Of a DNA stretch of 64,000 bases, positions 48,816-59,997 are shown one piece after another; position 1 is the first letter of the stretch, and the number at the start of each line of letters is the position of its first letter. The DNA lies in NCBI GenBank assembly GCA_964016885.1, contig OZ024746.1, positions 2,666,001 to 2,730,000 of the forward strand, in the 5' to 3' direction. This DNA comes from Eledone cirrhosa. Taxonomy: Eukaryota. The position numbers were made by a program, and so were the translations under genes. A model generated the notes under the pieces. That model was not told the DNA's origin. It was given only the letters and a program-made list of their open reading frames with translations, and did no database searches.

Positions 48816-50219
48816 TATATAATATATATATATATCAGATAGGGTGTGGTAAAAACCAGCTAGACCATAACCCACCAAAGTACTCAATACTTGGTGTAGT
48901 AGTGTGTAATATGAAAAGATTCAGAACCCCAACGGCTGAGCTCCGGCCATTTCTACAGGAGCTTACCACATGGCCAGTTGGATGGCTAAGGCCATATAGG
49001 AGGAAAATTGTCATTTAGAAGGAAAGGGTCCTTAACTCAGCAGTGGTAGTGGGGCTGGCTTTGACCATTTTAAAATTAATAGAGCCTATTCCTCTCTAGG
49101 TTAAAACACAACCATTTTCTTTTAGAGAAAAAAGAATTAGTGTGTGTGGGGGGGGGGGGATTGATCCCAATACATGTCTTGTATTCATTTTATTGATGAT
49201 AAAAAGATGAAAGTTGACCCTGGTGTTGAATTCTGCTATCTACTACTACTTGATATGTGACCCAATGAAAGAGCTACAAAGTGGATGCTTGACTGCTAGA
49301 AATGGAAGCAAAATCTCCCTGAAATCTGTAACAACATAAAGCGTTGAATAACGTGGATCTGCCAATATTTTTTTTTCCCGATTTGACTATTTAAAACGGC
49401 TGACATAGTCTTTAATAATCCGAAAAAAAAAATGATATAGTCATGGTTGGAATGTTTTTTGATGATAGATCTGTCTGACTTGGGACTAAATAACAAATAC
49501 ATCTACAACAATCTGGAATAAACATCAGTTAAAGTTATATCAAAGTCAGAATCTTAAACAAGAATTATACTTTTCATTTAAACTCGAAAGAAAAAAAATT
49601 TCTAATTTTAAGCTTAATATATAATTATATTTACTGACATTTATATTTGAAAATGTTTTACAAACCCACAATCTTAATTTACCGTGCTTCTCATTACTGA
49701 TATAAAAGGAGTTGTGACTCATCTTAGTATATTAGAATAAATGAGGTTATAAGTGAGTTATCTGTTGCCCATTCCTCAAAAAAGATCCGTGAAATATCAC
49801 TGTAAATAAGGATATCAAGTGCATATTGCTCTACTTTTTAAAGGCTTCATTTACTTTGTGGGTGTGGAGGGGGTGGGCTATGAAAACATTCTAGCACATC
49901 TTGAAATTATTTTCTATTAAGTTACAGTCATTTGGTGTACTGCATTAGTTAATAAATTGGAGAATTTTTTCATATCTAATTACTGTGAGCTAAAATTGTT
50001 GGAATTCTGACAAAAAGGCTATAAATTTGGTTCACTCTCTGTAACAACCTGTCTGTTTGCTTTCTCAGATAAAGTATGTTATTTTGCTAGCCAACAATTA
50101 CTATTGTGTGTATTTATTTTCATCCACACTGCAAAGTGGTCGTTTTGGTGCCACAAAAAGTAGTACCCAGTCCACACTGCAAAGTAGTCGTTTGGTGTCA
50201 CAAAATGTAGTACCCAGTC

Positions 50220-51363
50220 AACCTGACAAAGACTAAGGTTCTTGTAAGTAGACGAGAAAACAGAACCCAGATTCCCTCAGGGAAATGGCCTTGCTTAGTA
50301 TTTAGGAAAGGTGTAGGTAGGAACTCCATCCTCTGCCCCAAATGCAAACAATGGGTACACAAGAGGTGTAGTGGGATCTCAGGAAGTTTAACTAAGAATG
50401 TAGGCTTCACATGCAGCAGCTGTGCTGAGACAGCAAGCAGCAAACAGCCACAGGAAACAAGTACCACCAAACTCTGGGAGGGCTCTGTAGAAACAGTAGA
50501 CAGCTTCTGCTACCTGGGTGACCGAATTAGCAGCAGAGGTGGGTGTTCGGAAAGTACAATAACTAGGGTAAGAACGGGATGGAAGAAGTTCAGGGAGCTA
50601 CTGCTACTGCTAGCTGCAAAAGGCTTTTCCCTCAAAATGAAAGACAGACTGTATGATGCGTGTATCCGAACAGCAATGTTACATGGAAGTGAAACCTGGG
50701 CGCTCTCTGTAGACTTGCGTAGATTAGAAAGAAACAAAGCTTGCATGCTCCGATGGATGTGTAATAGTAATATACGCGAACGTGAACGGCAAAATATAAA
50801 CGAATTGAGAGAGACTGAGCATCAGAGGAATCAAATGCTGTGTGTAGGAGAGGAGATTACGTTGGTATGGACATGTGATGCATATGAAGGATGACAGCTG
50901 CATAAAAAGGTGCAGAGCACTAGAAGTCGATGGTAACCGTGAAGTGGGGAGACCCAAGAAGACCTGGGATGAGGTGATAAAAGCCGACCTTACCCAATTG
51001 CACCTCTCAAGAGCAATGAAACATGACCGTGACCTCTGGTGCTACGCAGTAATACAGAAGACCCGACCCCCCACAGGAACAAGCTGAAGCATATAGACAA
51101 TATGCCCCCACACCCTCCCACTGCAAAGTGGTCGTGGAGTTGCAACGGCAAAAAAACACCCAGCCCACACTGTAAAGTAGACATGTAGGTGCCACGGAAA
51201 AAAGCACCCAGTACTCACTGTAAATGAGGTTGGTGTTAGGAAGGGCATCCAGCTGTAGAAGTCAAGCCAGAATCAAGGTCAGCCAACTGGACACTGCCCA
51301 CAACAGGACAACCGGTCTAACCCATGCTAGCGTGGAAGAACGAACATAAAATGGTGATGATGA
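50220..51363 (+). mobile_element. 5'-truncated RTE LINE (end of RT, PHD-like finger, C-terminus, 3'UTR, (GAT)n)
   Basis: NLTKTKVLV, HKRCSG, FCYLG, RLYDACIRTAMLHGSETW, GRPKKTW; frameshifts. Confidence 0.92.
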
Positions 51364-51369
51364 TAAACA

Positions 51370-51530
51370 AAGGAATTGTGGTAAGGAACCAGGTGGACCA
51401 TAACGCACCAGAGTATTCAATACTTAGGGTAGTAGAGTGGGTGATAGGAAAATGTTCAATACCCTGACGGCAGAAATAGCTGTCGAAATGGCTTGAGCTC
51501 TGCTGTCGGGGTCTTGAACATTTTCCTATA
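51370..51530 (+). mobile_element. (TA)n-associated repeat ending in a fold-back hairpin
   Basis: TAGGAAAATGTTCAA.ACCCTGACGGCAGA pairs with TCTGCTGTCGGGGT.TTGAACATTTTCCTA; homologous to 48840-49000. Confidence 0.65.
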
Positions 51531-52559
51531 TATATATATATATATATATATTGTGTGTATATATATATATTGTGTGTATAGAGTCTGATATCTGAATGAC
51601 TGAGTTTTGCAGAGTATAAACAACCCTACTTGTATCTTCTGTGGATGTAGTCACTCTACATCAGTCTTGTGAAAACATTTGAAAACATAAACATTTTTTA
51701 CATTTGACATTTTCATGTGACTACCCCATTTCCCTTTACATTGGCATGATTCTATAAAATTAAATACTTGATGGAATAGTGAGAACATATGTCTTACAGC
51801 TGGGCACTATTTTAGCACTAGTTTCACTATTGGTATGTGAATTGGTTGATGTTGTTATTATCCATTTCACTAAGTCAAGGTCGAGTGATGTACACTACTT
51901 AGAGATCCTTGTGGCATGGGGGGATATTATTTGTTTGGTTTTTCTTCTCTTAAAATATTAAACAAGTCTTATATTTATGGTATGTATGGGACTCCCTCCT
52001 CCCCATAACTCCTGGGGGAGAGGGAGTTGTAGGGGTGCCATATCGACAGTGTTTCTAGGACATTGTTTTAAAACTGGCAGTCCCTCTCTTCTTCAGGTCT
52101 GAATGTGGCAGATTTCTTCCAGAGAAAGATAAAGAGAGTGAGAGAATGGAAGTGAGAGATAAAGAAGAAAGAATCGACTCCAGTACTAGACTGGTATTTT
52201 TTTATCAACCCGGAATGAAAGAAAAGCAAAGTTAACCTCGTATATTTATGATACTTAATGATAATGCTATTGTACAACTTTATTTCCTTAAACTAGCGAT
52301 ATATTATCACTATTGATCTTTATCTACTTAACAACATAAAGAATTAGAGGGAATTTATAGTTTGTCATGTTAAGGCTTTGTTTATTGTAAACAGCTTCTC
52401 ATTGTTAATGTATTTTACTCATTGGCTATTAGCTTTCAGCTGGAAAGTATTTTTAAAACAATGCTGAATGTAAATTATGGTGGGTGGGTGTGAGATCAAT
52501 AAATATTTTGAAGGTGTTATGTGTCTCTGTGTGTGTGTATGTATGAAAGAGGCATGTGT

Positions 52560-52590
<31 letters not shown>

Positions 52591-53019
52591 ATATAATAAA
52601 AATGTGAAGACTAAAATCCAAAGAGGGCTATATATATATATATATATATATAATTATTTAATATAGAAATGGCCTCTACAAGACTAGAACTGTTTCATTT
52701 GTATTAAATCATCAGGAATGCCAGGTGACATAGTCATTGATACTTATAGGTTACCTCGTGCCCCTTATTACCATCATTACTCTAATAATATATTTAATAC
52801 CTTTTTAACTGGGGTTACCCCAATTTCACTTGGGATTTACATATTACTTAGCACCAAACAATGCCTTCTTAGATCCATCTCTATAGAATCATGTAATTAC
52901 TCTAATAATATATTATCTTTTTAACTGTGATTATCTCCCCCCATTTCACCAAAGAACTCTCTCTCTATATATATATATACGATATTAACAAATGGAAACT
53001 ATATTTATAAAACCATATT

Positions 53020-53084
53020 TATTTCATTATACATATTTCAAGGACACCAAGTTAAATTATGGTGTGCTTTCATCAGATAAAATA
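53020..53084 (-). ncRNA. Type I hammerhead ribozyme motif
   Basis: Minus strand: UAUUUUAU-CUGAUGA-AAGCACACCA-UAAUUUAACU-UGGUGUCCUU-GAAA-UAUGUA-UA-AUGAAAUA. Confidence 0.8.
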
Positions 53085-53214
53085 TAATATAGAGCAGTTT
53101 TATAAATAAATATTGACATACCCTTAAAAAATGCAACCATTACTGTTGGAAGCTCCCGGGAGTTGCGTTCTTTAAGGGTATGTCAATATTTATTTATAAA
53201 ACTGCTCTATATTA

Positions 53215-53279
53215 TATTTTATCTGATGAAAGCACACCATAATTTAACTTGGTGGCCTTGAAAAATGTATAATGAAATA
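53215..53279 (+). ncRNA. Type I hammerhead ribozyme motif (inverted partner, stem III mismatch)
   Basis: UAUUUUAU-CUGAUGA-AAGCACACCA...UGGUGGCCUU-GAAA-AAUGUA-UA-AUGAAAUA. Confidence 0.65.
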
Positions 53280-53576
53280 AATATAGTTTCCATTTGTTAA
53301 TATCGTATTTTTACTCCAAATATTTGTTGAGTGCTTTATATCAGTTATAAAAATATTTGCTTGTTGTATTCCAACAATTTAAATAGAACTTCTACACACA
53401 TATATATATATTTCACAAATGTTCATCTCCATCACCCAACGATGAGGAGGTGTGTGTATATATCATCATTATTATTCAATGTGTGTTTTCTCTGCTAGAA
53501 AGGATTTGATGAGTCATCACAGACTTGAGTCAATACTCAAGTGGAGCTACTGATCTCTCAGGTGGGCCAGAGGCCT

Positions 53577-53750
53577 CATCATCATCATCATCATCACCGT
53601 TTTACATCTGTTCTTCCCCGTTAGCATGGGTTAGACGGGTTGTCCTGTTGTGGGCAGTGTCTGGTCGGCTGACTTTGCTTACTTATATTCCCACACTACA
53701 GTTGAATGTCTTTCCTATCACCATCCGCTTTACAGAGTATACTTGGTGCA
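53577..53750 (-). mobile_element. RTE 3' tail fragment
   Basis: (CAT)n followed by GTTAGCATGGGTTAGACGGGTTGTCCTGTTGTGGGCAGTGTC, the reverse complement of about 51290-51330. Confidence 0.75.
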
Positions 53751-53974
53751 CTTATGTAAACTAGACGTTGCCCCTCAACTCTTTCGGTATAGTTTCTCTC
53801 ACAAGACAGTCTATCGTGTATGGGTTTATATGTCCTCCTCATCATCCCTCTTTAACATCCATTTTCCAAGCTAAAGGCAATTTTCCCTACTAAAGCAGGG
53901 GTTAGCCATATCAACCCCATAAAAAGCTTATCTACTTTTTCTCTATCATTTGCACCTCCCCTCAGCAATTTTTT

Positions 53975-54031
53975 CTCTCTCTCTCTCACTCTCTCACACA
54001 CTCTCTCTCTCACACACACTCTCTCATGCTC

Positions 54032-54081
<50 letters not shown>

Positions 54082-54125
54082 ACTCATGCTCATTTACACA
54101 CACACACACTCACACACTCATGCTC

Positions 54126-54160
<35 letters not shown>

Positions 54161-54322
54161 CTCATTTACACACACACTCATGCTCATTTACACACACACA
54201 CACACTCATGCTCATTTACACACACACACACACACTCATGCTCATTTACACACACTCATGCTCATTTACACACACACACACACACTCATGCTCATTCACA
54301 CACATACACACACATACACACA
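53975..54322. repeat. Compound repeat CTCATGCTCATTTA-(CA)n
   Basis: Direct reading. Confidence 0.9.
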
Positions 54323-55217
54323 TATGTGTGTATATATTTATATATCTTTTGGTTGATTTATGCTACTTTCACAAAATTTTCAACACAGATTGTTTTTCCA
54401 TGTTTACTGTTGTTTACTGTAATTTATTGTTGTTTATGTTACCGTAATGGAGAGATGCCAGCTCCAGTAGTTGAAATAATTATAACACTTTTTAAAATAA
54501 GTTGAAGTTGGAATGGTGTAACTAGAAAGAGAAAGTGAAACAAAAAAAAATACATTAACACTATTTTTGTGAAATGTTTTATTTATAGAACATATATAAA
54601 ATTTAGTCTTATGTATTTTTATGTATTAGCTAGTTTTATTTGTGTGTATATATTTGTGTGCACATATATATGTGTGTATATATATGTGTGTGTAGAGAGA
54701 AAGAGAAAGAGACTAGTTAATCTTTTTATTTAGTGGAATGAGAGAATGCTGGGTAAGCTAGAATTTATTGATTGGATTATATTATGTTTGCAATTCCTTC
54801 ATATAATGGCTTAGACATAAGATATCATTGATTTACTTTTGATTTATATCTTTACTGATCCCTTTCTTTCATCTATTACCTGATTTAATGATGAGACAAA
54901 TAGATTTGAAACCACAAACAAATAACACAAAAGAATGTACCATATATACTCATATATAAGCTGAGAAATATGTAACAAAAAAAAAAAAATGAATGTTAAA
55001 ATGGGAGGTTAGCTTATATTCGAGGTCAATATTTTGCTGATTTCCACCAACTTCAAATTCTACATAAATGAGGTGCTAAAGTATCTGGAGTGATTATTTT
55101 ACAATGAAACACTGTTTTTCTACATTTACTACATCATCACTGGTGTTATTTATATATTCCCTTGAAAATATTTCTAAGAGTTTATAATCTGAATTTTTTA
55201 ATATATAAATATCCCTT

Positions 55218-55442
55218 ACACACACACATGCCCACACACTCACGTGCCCACACACTCACGTGCCCACACACTCACGTGCCCACACACTCACGTGCCCACA
55301 CACTCACGTGCCCACACACTCACATACACACACACTCACATACACACACACTCACATACACACACACTCACATACACACACACTCACATACACACACACT
55401 CACATACACACACACTCACATACACACACACTCACACACATA
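55218..55442. repeat. 16-bp CACACACTCACGTGCC repeat grading into CA-rich repeat
   Basis: Direct reading. Confidence 0.9.
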
Positions 55443-55521
55443 TACACGTTTTTCTCTGATTTAATACTTTTTATTTCAATTTTATGTAAGATAGAAATCT
55501 TACTTTTGACTTATTTTATTG

Positions 55522-56546
55522 TTCCTGCCCTCTCTCTCACTCCTGCTCTCTCTCTCACTCCTGCCCTCTCTCTCCCTTCTCACTCCTGCCCTCTCTCTCC
55601 CTTCTCACTCCTGCCCTCTCTCTCCCTTCTCACTCCTGCCCTCTCTCTCTCTCTCTCTTCTCACTCCTACCCCCCCCCCCCTCTCTCTCTCTTCACACTC
55701 CTACCCCCCTCTCTCTCTCTCCTACCCTCTCTCTCCCTTCTCACTCCTACCCTCTCTCTCCCTTCTCACTCCTACCCTCTCTCTCCCTTCTCACTCCTAC
55801 CCTCTCTCCCTCTCTCTCTCCCTTCTCACTCCTACCCTCTCTCTCTCTCTCTCTCCCTTCTCACTCCTACCCTCTCTCTCCCTTCTCACTCCTACCCTCT
55901 CTCTCCCTTCTCACTCCTACCCTCTCTCTCTCTCTCTCTCCCTTCTCACTCCTACCCTCTCTCTCTCTCTCTCTCTCCCTTCTCACTCCTGCCCTCTCTC
56001 TCTCTCTCCTACCCTCTCTCTCTCCTTTCTTACTCCTACCCTCTCTCCCTCTCTCTCCCTCTCTCTCCCTTCTCTCTCCCTTCTCTCTCCCTTCTCACTC
56101 CCTTCTCACTCCTACCCTCTCTCTCCCTTCTCACTCCTACCCTCTCTCTCCCTTCTCACTCCTACCCTCTCTCTCCCTTCTCACTCCTACCCTCTCTCTC
56201 TCCCTTCTCACTCCTACCCTCTCTCTCTCTCCCTTCTCACTCCTACCCTCTCTCTCTCTCCCTTCTCACTCCTACCCTCTCTCTCTCTCCCTTCTCACTC
56301 CTACCCCCTCTCTCTCTCCCTTCTCACTCCTACCCCCTCTCTCTCTCCCTTCTCACTCCTACCCTCTCTCTCTCTCCCTTCTCACTCCTACCCTCTCTCT
56401 CTCTCCCTTCTCACTCCTACCCTCTCTCTCTCTCCCTTCTCACTCCTACCCTCTCTCTCTCCTACCCTCTCTCTCTCTCCCACCCTCTCTCTCTCTCCCT
56501 TCTCCCTCCTACCCTCTCTCTCTCTCTCTCTCTCCCTTCTCACTCT
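55522..56546. repeat. CT-rich minisatellite CCCTTCTCACTCCTACC-(CT)n
   Basis: Direct reading; source of the 437-aa and 383-aa ORFs. Confidence 0.95.
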
Positions 56547-57002
56547 TGCTATCAAACCATTTCTCACATGTGAGTGTCCAAAAGTAAACAAAAATTTAAG
56601 AAACTTGTTGAAAATTTATAAAATGGATAAAATGGTAAAAAAGAATTACGTAATAAAAACTATTTTTTAAACGACACTTAAAACATTTTAAACATTAAAA
56701 TATTAAATTTTCGTATATTTTATACTCCTGACAATTTCAAAAGCTCGCCATCTAAACATAATGTGTTAATTAGCTGCCTTGGCTTATAAATGGGATTTTC
56801 ATTTTTGCCCATTTCTCGACATAAAATGGCAGGGGTCAGCATATATTTATATTGGCTTATATTTGAGTATGTATTGTAATTGTTTGTTACAGTTATTTTT
56901 GTGACCAATAAAAAAAATAGTATTATTGTTGGATCAAATACTTTGCAGCATTTAGTTCAAATTCTGCTGAAGTCAATTTCACCTTTCATTATTTGAGAGT
57001 CA

Positions 57003-57118
57003 AGGGCGGAGAATTGACAATGTCGGTAGAGGGTTGGACGCCATGTTTTCCAGCATAGTTACGTCCCTTTGCGGTCTGAGTTCAAATTCCACTGAAGTTA
57101 ACTTTACCTTCCAATCTT
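57003..57118 (+). mobile_element. SINE family A 5' half (tRNA-like head), truncated at the CRE-like fragment
   Basis: GTCGGTAGAGGGTTGGACGCC...GAGTTCAAATTCC...GTTAACTTTACCTT. Confidence 0.85.
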
Positions 57119-57120
57119 CA

Positions 57121-57485
57121 AGGACTTGCACTGACACTTTCTGCAGCCGCAACCAGGTGCAGCCTGTGACTAACCCAGGTTCTGCTGCACGTCAGGCTGA
57201 GGAGGCCAAGCTCTTCAAGTACCGGTTGCTCTCTGACAGGTTTGCGGTTGTACCCTTGGCAGTGGAGACTTCTGGTGTCCTCTGTCCTAGGGATACCTCC
57301 TTACTCACCACCATAGGCGCTGAGCTGGCCAGCCGCAGGTGTGAGCCCAGTGAGCTGGAATGCCTTTTCCAGTGCGTCTCCCTTGCCGTCCTCCAAGGAA
57401 ACGCCTTCTCTATTCTGTCCGCCGGGGCTGTGGGGAGGCCACCAATATGATTGACTGACTTGTCATTTTATCATGTACTTGTTAT
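57121..57485 (+). mobile_element. 3' end of a CRE-like non-LTR retrotransposon (restriction-like endonuclease domain)
   Basis: TCTDTF...AARQAEEAKLFKY...VPLAVETSG...LFQCVSLAVLQGNAFSIL*, matching the recalled REL pattern AE..K..KY / P.AVET.G / FQR.S.A.QRGNA; GC-rich relative to flanks. Confidence 0.8.
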
Positions 57486-57500
57486 ATATATATGTAGTTT

Positions 57501-57541
<41 letters not shown>

Positions 57542-57578
57542 TTTACTATATATATATATATATATATATATGTAGTTT

Positions 57579-57621
<43 letters not shown>

Positions 57622-57623
57622 TT

Positions 57624-57662
<39 letters not shown>

Positions 57663-57664
57663 TT

Positions 57665-57705
<41 letters not shown>

Positions 57706-57707
57706 TT

Positions 57708-57756
<49 letters not shown>

Positions 57757-57787
57757 TTTACTATATATATATATATATATATAGTTT

Positions 57788-57826
<39 letters not shown>

Positions 57827-57828
57827 TT

Positions 57829-57866
<38 letters not shown>

Positions 57867-57871
57867 AGTTT

Positions 57872-57921
<50 letters not shown>

Positions 57922-57922
57922 T

Positions 57923-57964
<42 letters not shown>

Positions 57965-57965
57965 T

Positions 57966-57999
<34 letters not shown>

Positions 58000-58000
58000 T

Positions 58001-58046
<46 letters not shown>

Positions 58047-58047
58047 T

Positions 58048-58098
<51 letters not shown>

Positions 58099-58136
58099 TT
58101 TACTATATATATATGTATATATATATATATATATAG
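57486..58136. repeat. Array of (GT)AGTTTTAC separated by variable-length (TA)n
   Basis: Direct reading. Confidence 0.95.
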
Positions 58137-58137
58137 T

Positions 58138-58243
58138 AAGACAGTCCTATGCGAGCAAGACAACCACTCTTGCCTCAAGTGAGAAAACCCCCGTCCAAAC
58201 CCATGCAAGCGTGGAACACGGACGCTAAACCTGATGATGATGA
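58138..58243 (+). mobile_element. RTE 3' tail fragment
   Basis: Matches 10144-10246; ends in (GAT)n. Confidence 0.85.
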
Positions 58244-58269
58244 TATATATATATATTCTTCTAATATAT

Positions 58270-59359
58270 CATCATCATCATCGTTTAACGTCCATCTTCC
58301 ACGCTAGCATGGGTTTGGACGGGAGTTTTCCCCACTTGAGGCAAGATTTGTTGTCTTGCTCGTATAGGACTGTTTGGCGGGTTTTCTACGGCTGGATGCC
58401 CTTCCTAACACCAACCACATTTACAGTGTGGACTGGGAGGTTTTTACCGTGTTACCTACACGGCCACATTACAGCGTGGACTGTGTGTTTTTTTGTTTTG
58501 ACACCTACACGACCTCATTTGTTTCGGACTGGATGTTGTGGTACCAACATAACTTTACATTGGAGGGGGTGGTATGGATGGGGTAGTGGGACGGGGGTGT
58601 ATTTTTGTTAGAGGTGCCTACTGACTGTAGGTTTCGCTTTGTACTTACGCAAGGCGGGTCTTCTGTATTACTGTGTAGCGTCAAAGATCTCGGTCCAGTG
58701 ACATTGTCTTGGAGAGGTGTAAGTGTGTGAGGTCAGAATTTATCAAGTCGTCCCAGGTTTTTCTGGGTCTGCCTACTCCGTGGCTACCGTCTATTTTTAT
58801 TGCCCTGCACTTTTTTATACAGCTGTCGTCTTTCATGCGCATCACGTGACCGTACCAACGTAGTCTTCTCTCAAGTAAACAGCATCTGATCCCCCTTATT
58901 CCTAATTTCTCCCTTAGTTCGTTTATGCTTTGCCGTTCACGTATATTGCTATTACACATCCAGCGGAGCATGCAAGCTTCGTTCCTCTCCAGTCTGCGTA
59001 TATCCTCTGCACACAATACCCAGGTCTCACTGCCATGCAACATTGCTGTTCGTATGCAGGCATCATACAGCCTGCCTTTCATTTTTAGAGAGAACCCTTT
59101 AGCGGCCAATAGTGGTATAAGCTCTCTGAACTTTTTCCATCTCGTTCTGACTCTAGCTACAGTACTTTCAGAGCACCCTCCCCCACTGCTGATTTTGTCA
59201 CCAAGGTAACAGAAGGTGTCCACTATTTCTATAGAACCATCTGTGCAATGGAATGAGCTAGTATACTGTGGGCACTTGCTGCTACTTATTGCACCAGAGC
59301 ACCGGCCACATATAAAATCTATATTCTTAGTTAGCTTACCTGTGATCCCACTACATCTT
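58270..59359 (-). mobile_element. 5'-truncated RTE LINE with an intact C-terminal 180-aa frame
   Basis: FCYLG...GRLYDACIRTAMLHGSETW...RRLRWYGHVMRM...GRPRKTW (58681-59223), 3'UTR repeats, (GAT)n tail. Confidence 0.93.
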
Positions 59360-59432
59360 TATATATATATATTAGAAGAATATAGACTTGAATTAACATT
59401 GTTTAAAATCGGAAAAGCTATAATGTTAATTG

Positions 59433-59463
<31 letters not shown>

Positions 59464-59997
59464 TGGAAATACTGGACTCATTATAATTGACTCTTCCCTT
59501 CCCTCAACATTCTCTCTTTCAACCCATGTTTAAAACAATTATTATTGTTCTGATTGTCTATTGTTATCTCTGACATCATGAGTTCTTATCTTATTCCCAT
59601 CATTGATTATCAATAAAAGAAGTTATTGTTGTTGACTCAATGGTTCAGTGATCTTCTTAGATGCTAGTAAACATACAAGCTGGCTACACTTGTAATATTT
59701 ACTGTATCTCTCATGTCTTTCTTCCAACGTATTTTACCTTGATTGTTTGTTAATCAGAAACATCATATACCTGTTTAATTATACATATCTATCTGTCTGT
59801 CATTAGTACATTAATATGTATATGAAACTAGTTTTTCTTATTGTTTGTCATATTTTTTACTCTAATCTCCACATTATTCTATTACTGTAAGTCTAGAACA
59901 GTTTAGTTGTACCAACAGTAAACAATTCAATCCTATTCCTGACTTCACCATTTATACATCCACTTTTCCATGTTGGGATGTTGTCAATATTTTACAG

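Larger units (their letters stand above)
52977..53396 (-). mobile_element. Penelope-like palindromic element with two inverted hammerheads, in (TA)n
   Basis: Arms about 52977-53137 and 53162-53308 are near-perfect inverted copies; 53306-53396 is the reverse complement homologue of 35755-35843. Confidence 0.78.
54938..56878. mobile_element. Decayed non-autonomous Tc2/pogo-like DNA transposon inflated by internal simple repeats
   Basis: TACCATATATACTCATATATAAGCTGAG at left; GGCTTATATTTGAGTATGTATTGTA at right; subterminal GCTTATA repeats. Confidence 0.55.

Noticed and set aside
52685-52720. Minus-strand CUGAUGA-UUUAAUACAAAU-GAAAC
   Set aside because: Stem II register is off by one and there is no stem I; possibly a decayed ribozyme but unsupported.
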